DNA of 64,000 bases from Takakia lepidozioides (Eukaryota; Plantae; Bryophyta): the NCBI GenBank assembly GCA_030704615.1, contig CM060734.1, positions 62,992,001 through 63,056,000 of the forward strand, read 5' to 3'. Position 1 is the first letter of the stretch. Each line of letters starts with the position of its first letter. The translations under genes were made by a program, and so were the position numbers. Positions 26,105-37,011 of the stretch are shown here, piece by piece. A model generated the notes under the pieces. That model saw nothing but the letters and a program-made list of their open reading frames with translations, had not been told where the DNA came from and searched no databases.

Positions 26105-28276
26105 CTAAGCATCCTTTGCTTCCACTCTAACAGACGCATTTGTAGATGGACAGGTTAGGCGAACGCGCTCAGCCATGTTGACAGTGACAGAGTAGAAGGT
26201 GTGCTCTGAACAGAGTGCAAGTACGAACAGAATGATGTCAGTGTTTGTATGTACATTGAGAAATTTGAAATGGAGCGGTCCTTGTCCACCACTTTCCAGG
26301 TGGCGCAGCTTTGGCCTTTAGCAAATGACATTCTTCTGGCATTTTCCAACGGCAACTTACCTGTCAGAATCCGCGTAAATCCCTAACATTCCGACTGCTT
26401 GCCGGAAGTCTGCAACGACTTCACGGCAGTGCAACGTATCTTGCAGATGGACCCACGAAGTCCATCGTAGCCGTTCGAAATGGAACTGGCAAGTCGGTGC
26501 AAAATTGCCTCTGAGCACAAGGCCGCAGACCGCAAAAGAACCCGCAAAAAATACGCAGCCCACTTCATGATGTCTTCTTCGGAAATGAACTTGCCGGAAG
26601 TCTACGCCGACTTCCGGAAATGGTCTGCCGGAATGTAGTTTTCGTGTAATGTGGACGCACAAAAACGGCAAGTCTGTGACGACTTCCGGCATTTTCTGAC
26701 GAGAAACTATCGAAATATGCCTAAATGGCCTGCCGGGACTTAGTTTTTAGGGGCAGGCATCAATATAACATCCAAGTCAGTGCCGACTTGCCGGAAATGC
26801 ACTCCCGGCAGCCGCGAAAGTCCAACTTTGGGCGGACTAACAGCAATGTCACTGGAAAGTCTGTGCCGACTTCCCGGAAAACCGACGGGCAGTCCTCACA
26901 TGCAATGTCAGGCGTCCAGGCTACCCTTAGATTTGGGAATAGACCAGCCGGGAAGTCGTCACAGACTTCCCGGCAATTACCCGTTTTCAGGCGGACATAA
27001 TCCGGGAAGTCTAGGCAGACTTCCCGGAAACATCATTATCAGGCAGACATCACCGTCAAGTCTGCACAGACTTGCCACAAAATTCCACATTCAGGCGCTA
27101 CATGTGACATTTTGCGGCACTGCACGTGTCGTGTGGTCATGCGTTGTGTTTTCAGGTGATGACTATGACCTTTCAGGCAGCGCACGTGTCGATTAGGCAC
27201 CCGTTGGGGCCTGCGATGTTAGTGGCGCATCTTCAAAACGTCTTCCAGAAGCGTCGCCGCGAAGCGACTTCCACCAAGCCGCCACTTTCTCGTCTTCCGC
27301 CAAACCGCCTCTTCGTTCCCACACCTACTCCTTCGCTTCATTGCTTAGTCTGCACACGCCTTCTGCCCCTCCGTGGATTGCAGCAGTACATCGCAACGCT
27401 TTTGGAGAGGCGCTCCCGGTCTTTTCAGCAACCATGGAGGCTATTGGTGAGGACGACCCCGACCTTCAGCTTGAGAGACCCTCGCAGAGACCCTTGCAGA
27501 TGGTGTTGAGGACCCGCACCATTGTTTCCAGTTCGCAGAGCAGCGAGCAGGCGCGTGGGCGAGGGAAGGCGCGGGGGAACACCACTGTCAAGTTAAATAA
27601 ACGCAGTGTGAAACTAACTAGAATAAAGCTAGTTATTTGTATTTAACACTTGGATTTAGTTCAAGTATTAAGTCAGGTATCAAGTTTAGCTTGACACCTG
27701 AACCATCTTATCTTCATGAGAGCGTCAGTCGTGCGGCTCATCTCTCTCGAGTTGAGCCTGCACGACCGAGCTCCTTCACTGTTTAGAATCTGAGTGTGCT
27801 TATGAAGGGAGAATAGGTTGTTGTGGGGTGGAGTCCCCATAGCTTGGGGTGCCCCTGGCTCGACTTAATATATGAGTGATGGTGTTGTGTTTTGTGTTTC
27901 TCTGTTATCAGACATTTGAGTTTAGTTCTTTCAATCACTCGAGAGAGATGCGTAGATGGAGCAATCGGTGAGTGCCCAGGTTGCAGCGGGAGTCTCCTGC
28001 TTGTCTCTGTGCAAGTCGGGCTTTCTGGCGGGCTCCAGTCCCTCGCAGGGCAAGCTCCCCCTGTACTGCCACTCCTGAGACTCTGCTCGAGAGCTGCTGA
28101 AGTTAGGTTTAGTTAGTGATTTGAGATCAGATTTGTGCAAAAGAGAGCGTTGTTTGAGGTTTGTTCAAAATGGATTGTCTGGGGGAAATGAGGACGTAAT
28201 TTAAGGGCAGGTCTCTTCTCTTAGCCTGTGCACACAAGGGGACAAGATTTATGTTTCTCAAGGAACTCAGACTGAT

Positions 28277-28924
28277 TTGAGTGGGGAGCAATTGGACGAG
28301 TTGATTGCATACTGGGAGTCAGGCATTAGCAATAGACAACAAACTGCTGTAGTTGGCGTTGCAGGCCTCAATATTGCTTTGGACAGTCAGAACTCTGTTG
28401 GAGCTAGCAGTTCTGCAGCTGTAGGTGAAATACCAAAGTGGGTGGAAGCTAGGCTTGGAACACAGCCAAAGACAGCCCCGGGGACCAAGGTGTTCAGCCA
28501 CAAGGCCGTGGTGTACTGGAGCAGAGGAGCAGGAGCTACACAAGTTTTTGCAATCAGACATGGTTGCAGCCGGACACGCTCTGCACAAGGCAACCACAAG
28601 CAGGGGTTCATTAGCAATGACAAGTTTGTTTTGCTTGAAGGAGATGCAGTCATTCGCAACGAGGACACCCGCAACCGTCTCAAAGCTTTTGAGTTGAGAG
28701 ACTGTCAGACCCTACCTTTATTTTCCTTAGTATTCAGTGAGCGGGAGATAGGGAAGTATTGCTTTTTCTCTACCTGGCAGAAAGAGGAGGAGGGTTGGTT
28801 AGAGCGAGCTACAATAGCTTGGGATAAGGTTAGTGGCAGGTTTCTGGACATAGATATACCTCCTACACCTTACCATCATGCAGAGCGAGGCACTTTGAGA
28901 GAAGTCTGGCAGTTGATAGCATAG
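28277..28924 (+). CDS. Extra ORF of unknown function upstream of the PBS
   Basis: Open 215-codon frame with globular-protein composition. No motif recognised and the start codon is uncertain (TTG). Confidence 0.45.
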   Translation: MSGEQLDELIAYWESGISNRQQTAVVGVAGLNIALDSQNSVGASSSAAVGEIPKWVEARLGTQPKTAPGTKVFSHKAVVYWSRGAGATQVFAIRHGCSRTRSAQGNHKQGFISNDKFVLLEGDAVIRNEDTRNRLKAFELRDCQTLPLFSLVFSEREIGKYCFFSTWQKEEEGWLERATIAWDKVSGRFLDIDIPPTPYHHAERGTLREVWQLIA

Positions 28925-29392
28925 ATCAAGATTAGATCTTGCTTGGTTGGGCCTCTATTCTTCCCCTCTTTCTCTTTACTATTTTCATTACTTTGTACTT
29001 GTAGTTGCCAAAGCCTCTCTTGGTGGAGGCCAATCAGTCCGGGGTTTTTGGGCTGGGATATTCTGCAGGATCAGCACTACAGATGGATTTTGGTGTGGGG
29101 GTGTTGATGTTTTGATTTCTTGTGTTTGGATCCCCCCCAACACCTGCATGCTTGACTGTGCGCCATGTTGATTTTGTGTGGGCGCTTGCTTTCATAGGGA
29201 TCAGGCCGGATTTGATCACCGGTCAATCCTAGAGTATGTTGTCGGTGGTGAGGCTGGAGTGATGACCAGCAAGACCACCAGTGTTTCTTCTATGGTGAGG
29301 CTGGGTTGATGACCAGCCAACCATAGGAGTTCTTGCGGTGGATGCAGGTGCAGGTGCCCTTAGCCACTGGGATATAACCTTAATCCGCAACA

Positions 29393-29405
29393 GGTGTACT
29401 AGAGC
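29393..29405 (+). promoter_or_regulatory. Degenerate primer-binding site (tRNA-Met type)
   Basis: ...ccgcaaCA-GGTGTACTAGAGC resembles the canonical CA-(G)TGGTATCAGAGC and lies just before gag. Confidence 0.55.
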
Positions 29406-29418
29406 TTTATAGTGTCAC

Positions 29419-30860
29419 GTGGGGGCGGTGCGGGTTGTGAGTGTCATCACTGAGTTACCCAAGGGTTTTGAGGGGAGTACGGCTACAGGCAGTAGCAGTG
29501 AGAGTGGGTTCACCAGACGAGGTATTCGTTTCAGACCACCTTCACCTCCACCCTCAACTAGTGCAGAGTTAGACACAGACTCGGAGGCTTCATCAACAGG
29601 TGTGCAGTTTTATTCGTCATTGTTGTAGGACGCCATGGAAGAGATGTATGGAGCTACCAAGGGGCCTTGTAGGTACTCTGGAGCTATGGGCACAATTGAG
29701 CTCGATGACTTTATCCAGGAGTTCGATAGCTGGTGTGATTTGCAGCAGATGCGCAATCCACAGCTGTTCACCCCATTCATGGCGTGGAAGGGACTGTTCC
29801 AGCATTTGGAAGGCCCGCCTATGGACGATTACCACGAGTTTAGGCGAGGACATGAAGCAGAGATTGAGGAGTGGAGGATGTATTGGTCACCTGACTACGT
29901 CTCCATTCCTCGAGGCACGATGCGACCAATAGCTGCATCAACACCAATATCTCCCACTGCCAGCACTAGTAGTGGAATAAGTAGTGCCGGTACTTCTGCA
30001 GGTGGTACCAGTTCAAAAGGTGCTACTACTCCTCCTGCCACGACTACAACACATGTGCCTAGATTCAACCCGGTGGTGGAGTTCTTCTAGGAGTTGCGGA
30101 CGAACTACCAAGGCGTACGGACAAAGAAGCTGTGAAATTTGCAAGACTTCCAGCGCAAATCCAATGAGAGCTTGCGAGAGGCCTACACTCGTATGAGGCG
30201 CTTGATAAGTGTGACCCAAGGGGTTACTGAAGCTCAGGCAATCCAGTTCGGGTATGGAATTTTGGACAAAGAGCTCAAGAGAAGGGTGTGGGATGCAACC
30301 CTGTTACAAGCAGCCCAACCCACATTAGCAGATGTGTTTCTGCTGGTTGAGCGGATTGAGCTCAACATGGTGGAGGAGCGAGTTGTTACCATTGGATTTG
30401 GCAAGGACATGCTTGCACGAGGTGCAGCTGCCAGCCAATAGGCACAAGGGACTGCCCAACAACGTGGTCAGGGGGGCAAGGTTGCCCAACCCAAATTCCA
30501 TGGAGCTTACAGGGGACCTTAGGTGCAGAGGGTAGTAGCATCTTTTGCAAGCCAACAACAACCAGGGGTGATATGTTGGACATGTGGAGGACCCCATGTC
30601 AAGAAAGATTGCCCAAAGAGTGGCAAAAGGCCGGCACAAACACAGCCTGCACAGTTGCAGTGTGGGCATTGTGGCAAGTATGGGCATGGAGATGCCCAGT
30701 GTTATGACTTGCACCCTGAGTTGTGGCAAGGCCAGTTCCAAGGGAACAATGGTGGCCGAGGGTGAGCTGGAGCACCTCAGAGAGGACGAGGTGGTCAGGC
30801 ACGAGGTGTAGGACGAGGGCAAGCATAGTATGGCCAAGGACGTGGAGGTCAGGGAGTTGA
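29419..30860 (+). pseudogene. Gag with two zinc knuckles
   Basis: 'ELDDFIQEFDSWC', 'FQRKSNESLREAYTRMRRL', CWTCGGPHVKKDC and CGHCGKYGHGDAQC in one frame with several in-frame stops. Confidence 0.85.
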
Positions 30861-31639
30861 CCAAGGCATGGCCAACCGACTTCAGCAACTAGAGCAAAGG
30901 CTTGCTGCCATGGCCATAGCTCAGGTGGTACCAGCTCCAAGACCTGAGGGTCCACCTCTCGTTCCTCCTCAGCAGCGTCATCCCGACGGAGGAGACATGG
31001 GAGGCATGGGATTTATGTGTGGGGCAGCACTACCACTAGTGCAGGTGGAGTCTGCTGCAGCCGCCACTCGAGGAGCAGCACGAGTTCCTGAGCCACGAGG
31101 TGCAGAGGTGGAGTTAGATCCACAGCGTGGGGAGGCAAGCCGTCAGGCTAGGTTGCCTCAATCATTCATCTTGGGGGAGACAGTGTCGACGACATCCATG
31201 GCACCTAGTTCTCGCCCGACAGATACAGAGGCCATTATTGTGCCATTGGGGAGAGCTACACGTGCAGTACTGACACCTGCTGCCAAGGCTAGTGCAGCAG
31301 CCACCTCTGTGTGTCAGGCCCCACTGTTCTCGGCAACCATGATCGCGATGCCGGGGGTAAGACCAGTGGCAGTGTTCAGACTAGCAGCAACACTCTGCGA
31401 GAATGGGGAGGTCATTTCATCTTCTGCGGAGTTAGTGGAGGGTGTAGTGGAAGAGGGATCCTCGGATTTGAGGGTCAAGACTGCCACGGCTGCGTCATGG
31501 CAAGCTGCAGCTGCCAGGTTGACGGAGCTGCCAGCTAGGCCAGTCTTTCAGCGCGCCATGATGACACCTGGAGTTGTCTTGTTAGACAACCAGGATGACA
31601 TTTTCTCTTTGAGTGGACCGGCAGGCAAGAGGTACCGGC

Positions 31640-31970
31640 CACGCGGGTCTTGTTGGACTCGGGAGCTCAGCCACTGATGTTGGGCAGAGTTGCTATTGCA
31701 GGTTTGGGCCTCATGGAGGCGGACATGGAGTCTTGTCCTTTCCAGATTCAGACATCTCTGGGAGGATCAGAGCAGGCTCGGGGCATGACACGGCGTGAGT
31801 TGGCCATTAGACTACAGTCAGATCATCCTATAGATGGCTCAGTGATGCGAGCTAAGGCCATTATGACAGACGCGGTCTCTTACGATGTCCTCATTGGTGG
31901 GGCAGTGTTATATCCCATGGGCTTCACCCTAGATTTTTGGCAGGAGTCAGCATCCTACAGGCCTGGATGA
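31640..31970 (+). pseudogene. Retropepsin aspartic protease
   Basis: 'LLDSGAQPLML' catalytic DSG and a C-terminal 'YDVLIGG' motif. Confidence 0.85.
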
Positions 31971-32369
31971 CAGTCAAGGGATGGTTGTCGTGTACAGCTC
32001 CGTGTGACATTCATTGGGGGTGCTGCTGCTGCCCAGTGGGGCAAGATGCCAACACTAGCCGCCTTCACAGCTGCAGTTAGTTGGCTTGGAGGGTTGCTGG
32101 AGGGCAATGCCCATGCAGAGGATGTGCCACCTCCAACAGAGCAGGATGACATGCATGGTACAGCAGAGTTGCCTGCCATGGTTGCTCACACTCCATTGTG
32201 GGGTATGAGCAAGGATTTGCAGCAAGCTGCTGATAGACAGGTGCAACAAGCCTGGGTAGAGGCCTTCGTACCGTCAGGAGAGGAGGAGAGTGCGGTGATT
32301 GCACCAGGACCACCTCAGTTGTTGCCATTGGACACCACACCTCTTGTGTGGCAGTGCCCGGATGAAGGC

Positions 32370-33320
32370 ATATGCCTTTTGGACTTGTTTGGCGGGATCA
32401 GCACTGGATTGGCTGCAGTGCTGCAGGCAGGTGTACGAGTTCGACATTACCTGTATGTGAAGAAGGATGAGACTGCACGACGCGTCTCACTGCGCCATGT
32501 TGCTCAATTGGTGCAGCAGTACCCTGATTTGTTGTCAGTGTCTGCAGTTCGTGGATACCAACAAGCATTGCCAGCAGACATCTCCTTGCTGGGGGCGCAT
32601 GATTTGGAGCGGGTTGGCCCTATTCACTTAGTAGTGGCAGGGTGGCCCTGCCAAGGGCTTTCATCAGCTGGGTATGACAATGGGTTACAAGACTCAAGGT
32701 CACGCCTGTTTTGGGAGATGTTGAGGGTCCTGCGCTATTTACAGCTTCAGCAGACAGACTCTCCGGCATATATCTTGGAGAATGTGCCATTGATGGGTGA
32801 TTCACGGGCCAAGGTGATGGCCAGTGTACATCAAGTGCGGTCTTGGCTTGGGTCAGCAGTGTTACTGGATGCAGCTGCAGTGGGGTCACGAGCTCATCGC
32901 CCACGAGTATGGTGGACCAACTTGATGTCACCTGCATTGCTCAAGCGTGCATTTGATGGGGTGCAACGGCCACCAAACCTGACGGTGGATAACATTTTGG
33001 ACATAGGGAGGCAGTCTCAGCATGTGAGACACGATGACCGATCACCTTTGGCAGTGGTCAATAAGGTGGGTCACCCACGAGCAACATTGCCTACACTGCT
33101 CAGCGTTCCAGGATCTCATGCTTTTCGGGATGGTGGACATGGCCTCTTGTGGGATAGCCAGTTGCAGCAATTAGTGGAGCCCAATGCTGACGAGCGCGAG
33201 CGGGCGATGGATTTTACCACTGGTACCACGGCAGTGCCATCTCTTTCTGAGGCATCACGTCGTTAGGTGTTGGGGCAAGCAATGGATCTCAATTGTTTGA
33301 CCTGGATTATCAGCTTGGCT
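32370..33320 (+). pseudogene. DNMT3-like C5 cytosine DNA methyltransferase domain in the polyprotein
   Basis: Motif I LLDLFGGISTG; II YVKKD; III ADI; IV GWPCQGLS (Cys codon 32649); V DSRSRLF; VI YILENV; VIII AHRPRVWWTN; IX ERERAMDF; X VLGQAMD after one TAG at 33264. Confidence 0.93.
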
Positions 33321-33746
33321 ATGGCTGAGCAGCGCAGAGTACGAAGTACACTTTCCTTGATGGTCTCCCTGCCTACCGAGACGGTACAGGTAGCGAGTGG
33401 GGGCGAACATGTGAGGACCACAAGGTGCAGGCCGTATCCATGGCACATGTGGGAGGTGCTCGAGGTTCAGAAGGAGTTGGTAGCCAAGGCGGCCGTGATG
33501 GATGAGGTTGGGGATTTTTCTCGGGTTGAGGAGGTCCTCAAGGATGGGATGATGGGGCAAGATGAGACATTGTCACTGACAGAAGAGGCAGTGGTCATTG
33601 CTCAAGAGGTTGCAGCATAGCAACCACGGGACGCGTCTTCTACCTCTAAGCCTGCTGGACTCAAGGTTGCAGTCACGGAGGACAACTGGGAGCCTGATGT
33701 TGGACCTATAGTCACCGGAGGAGAAAGACGACGTATACGGCAGTTC

Positions 33747-35110
33747 TTGAGGGCTTACAGGAACTGCTTTGCCTTTAGTTTGAAGGACTTAGGAGCAATG
33801 AAGGGTCAAGAGATTTGCATTGAATTGGCTACTGACACGCCAATCTTTCGGAGACCCTATAGATACAGTGACATGGAGAGGTCCTTGATTCAGATGAGAA
33901 CTCAGGACCTTTGGGAGGCTGGTTTGGTGGAACTATCTGGGGGAGAGTATGCTTCAGCCACAGTGATGCCAGCCAAGAAGGATGTTTATGGCAATTGGAC
34001 GGAGACACGTATGTGCGGTGATTACCGGCCTGTAAATCGTCAGACCAAGTCCGATAGGTATGCCATGCCGACACCAGAGGAGATCTTTGATGCCATTGGG
34101 CATGCCAAGGTCTTTAGCACTTTGGATTTACGATCCGGATATCACCAGTTGCCGATCAAGGAGGCGGATAAGCAGAAGACGACATTCTGGGGGATCAATG
34201 AGCACGGGAAAGATTGCCTATACCAGTGGCGGTTCTTACCATTTGGGCTTAAGAACGCTCCTGCAGAGTTTCAGAGAGTCATGGACAAGATTCTAGCAGG
34301 GGTGGAGTTTGCTCGGTGCTACATAGATGACATCATCATCTTTAGTGTTACGGTGGAGAAGCATGAGAGACACCTTCAGGTGGTATTTGAGCGCTTGAGG
34401 GCGCACGGATTGAAGTTACATCCGGGGAAGTGCAAGTTTTTCCACAACCGGATTGAGTATCTGGGTCACATGATATATCCTGGAGGATTGGGGGTACAGT
34501 AGACTGAGGTAGAGGCCATTGCACAGATTCCACGCCCCATGGATGTGAGCCGAGTTTGAGCTTTCATGGGATTGGCAAACTATTATAGACGGTTTGTCAA
34601 GGGATTTAGTGCCATTGCAAAGGCTCTAACCAAGCTGACCAAGGTGGACCAGGAGTGGCAGTGGGAAGATGAGCAAGAACGAGTTTTCCAAGAGCTCAAG
34701 GCGAGGTTGACCTCGGCGCCCATCTTGAGATGACCTATCAAGGGGCGTCCTTTTCAGCTGCATACAGATTAGAGCATGCTGGGGCTTGGAGCGGTGCTCA
34801 CATAGGTGGATGATGAGGGAAGAGAGTTTGTAGTGGCTTATGCTAGTCGCTCGCTGCAGAGACTAAGTATAGCTCATATGAAGGAGAGTGCTTAGCTGCA
34901 GTGTGGGCCGTGGCACAGTTCAGGTGCTATATATATGACAATCTCTTCACCCTTGTCACAGATCACCAGCCACTCAAGTGGTTGATGGATTCAGACAAGC
35001 TTACGGGGAAGCTTGCACGGTGGGCACTCATACTTCAAGAGTATGACTTTCAGGTTGTGCATCGACCGGGTTTGGTCAATCAGGATGCAGATGGGTTGAG
35101 TCGCAATCCA
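33747..35110 (+). pseudogene. Reverse transcriptase and RNase H
   Basis: RMCGDYRPVN, LDLRSGYHQ, PFGLKNAPAEFQR, YIDD, then 'LVTDHQPL' and 'DADGLSR'. Confidence 0.95.
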
Positions 35111-35499
35111 TGCACGAGCCAGCAGGATGACACTGGAGCTTGGTGGCATGGTGAGACGGACGAGGAGATGGTGACCGGATGGTATGCATCTGCATTTCTG
35201 TGTATCTTGGCAGCGGAAGGCCAGGTTGGACCTGCAACAGGGATGACTGTAGATCAAGTGTCTGAGGACCCTGAGGCCAGCAATGAGCAAGGTGACGCCA
35301 AAGATATACATGAGGATTCAGCTGTGTTGGACTACCTCCGCACTGGAGACACGACAACCACTGTGACTGCCAAGGAGAGGGATCGGATCCTACAACGAGC
35401 CAAGAGGTTCAAGTGGGAGGGGTCACACCTACTCCGAGTGTGGGAAGATGGTCGAGTGAGGATTGTGCCTCACCCAACCCAGCGGGCACGGTTAGTGCG

Positions 35500-36560
35500 G
35501 CATGCCCATGAGGAGTTGGGGCATTTTGGGATGCGACGCACTCATAGTCTACTGTAGGGGCAGTATTGGTGGCGTGGTATGCACACAGAGGTGCAACAGT
35601 TTGTGGCTAGGTGCATGGTGTATGACAGGGTGCGTGCTTCATTCAACGCCCCTACTCCACAATTGCACTGGTCATCTTCCGATCATGGGATTGGGCTACA
35701 GGTGGAGTCTTGACTTCGCAGGGCCGTTGCCACTGACCATGCGCCACAACAAGTACGTGTTGGTGATGGTGGAGCACTTCTCCAAGTGGATCCAGTTGGT
35801 TCCATTGCCTGATAAGGCTAGTGAGGGAGCTGCGTATGCATTCTTGGATTGTGTACTTAGCCGATTCGGTGCTCCAGCTGAGGTGCTCACGGACCAAGGG
35901 AGAGAGTTCTTGGGGGAGTTTCAAGCGTTGTGTGACAAGGCCTTGGTAGACCACCGCACCACTTCTCGGGATCATCCTGAGGCCGATGGCTTGGCAGAGA
36001 GGGTTGTTCGGACAGTGAAGAGGGGTTTGCGCAAGTATGGCTTGTAGAAGGGACACCTAGGAGATTGTGACCTTCAGTTACCTTGGTTAGCCATGGGCTA
36101 CAGGTTCAGCAAGCAAGCATCACTTGCCTCTTTCTCACCATACTTTCTTCTCTTTGGCCGAGAGCCGGATTTGCCTGCATCCATTTATAGAGAAGCTGCT
36201 ACAGTTCTCAACCTTGACGATCCGGACATGTGGGCACATGCATGTGATCAGCGTGCAGAGTTGTTCAAGAAAGTCATGCCCATGGCTTTCGAGAACCTTG
36301 CCATTGCACAACATCGTGATACGTTGAGGTATGCTACCATACGTGGTGGGGGCTATCGTCCTGGGGTTCGGAGATTTAACCTTGGTGACTATGTTTATCT
36401 GCAGCAGACTGCTCCTACGACCTTGGATGTGACTACATGACGTACTATTTTGAGGGTTCAAGAGGTGTTACCCTCAGGAGTCCTGATCTTGGAGGGTCGG
36501 GATGGCATGATTTGGAAGGACCATGTGCATGATAGCGCGCCATGTCACCTTCCAAATGTT
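35500..36560 (+). pseudogene. Integrase
   Basis: HEELGHFG zinc motif, 'WSLDFAGP', 'VLTDQGREF' and 'DGLAERVV' (DDE). One frameshift near 35670. Confidence 0.92.
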
Positions 36561-36608
36561 GATGGAAAGGTTGACCCAAACCTGGCAGTGGTACCTGCAA
36601 GTTTGAGG

Positions 36609-36752
36609 TGCATGTTGTGTGGGTCTGCTAGAGGGGCAGCCACCATGCTGGTGTGTGATCAATGCTCTAGAGGTTGGCATATGGGATGCTTGACTCCACC
36701 TCTTGAGATGGTTCCTGATGGGGATTGGTTATGTCTGCATTGCATTGGATAG
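36609..36752 (+). other. PHD finger at the polyprotein C-terminus
   Basis: CMLC...MLVCDQCSRGWHMGCLTPPLEMVPDGDWLCLHC is a complete C4HC3 pattern, in frame with integrase. Confidence 0.92.
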
Positions 36753-36998
36753 TGGTAGTGGATACAACCATGGAAGGCTAACAAGAAATGCAAGGACAAG
36801 CTACTAGGAGACCTTGAAAACACGAGATCCTGGCTCAAGTTCACAGATTGCAAGACGGCGACTAACGATGGGGCTACTCTTGTACCCGGCCTCTTGGTCT
36901 ATAGAGTTTGAGTACAATAGGGACAGTGATAGAGGACTTAGTACGGCTGTGGCTATTACATCTTGTAGCTATCTGGAGTTAGAGGGATCTATCCACCA

Positions 36999-37011
36999 GC
37001 TAGGGGGGCGA
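36999..37011 (+). promoter_or_regulatory. Polypurine tract
   Basis: GCTAGGGGGGCGA followed by T-TGTGGCAGATTA. Confidence 0.6.

Noticed and set aside
29244-29326. Hammerhead ribozyme
   Set aside because: TGATGA is present, but the CTGATGA core and the downstream GAAA with a three-stem junction are not.
32004-33266. Bacterial restriction-modification methylase or host DRM gene
   Set aside because: It is in frame within a Gypsy polyprotein, has no partner nuclease, no introns or UBA domains, and its motif order is not permuted.
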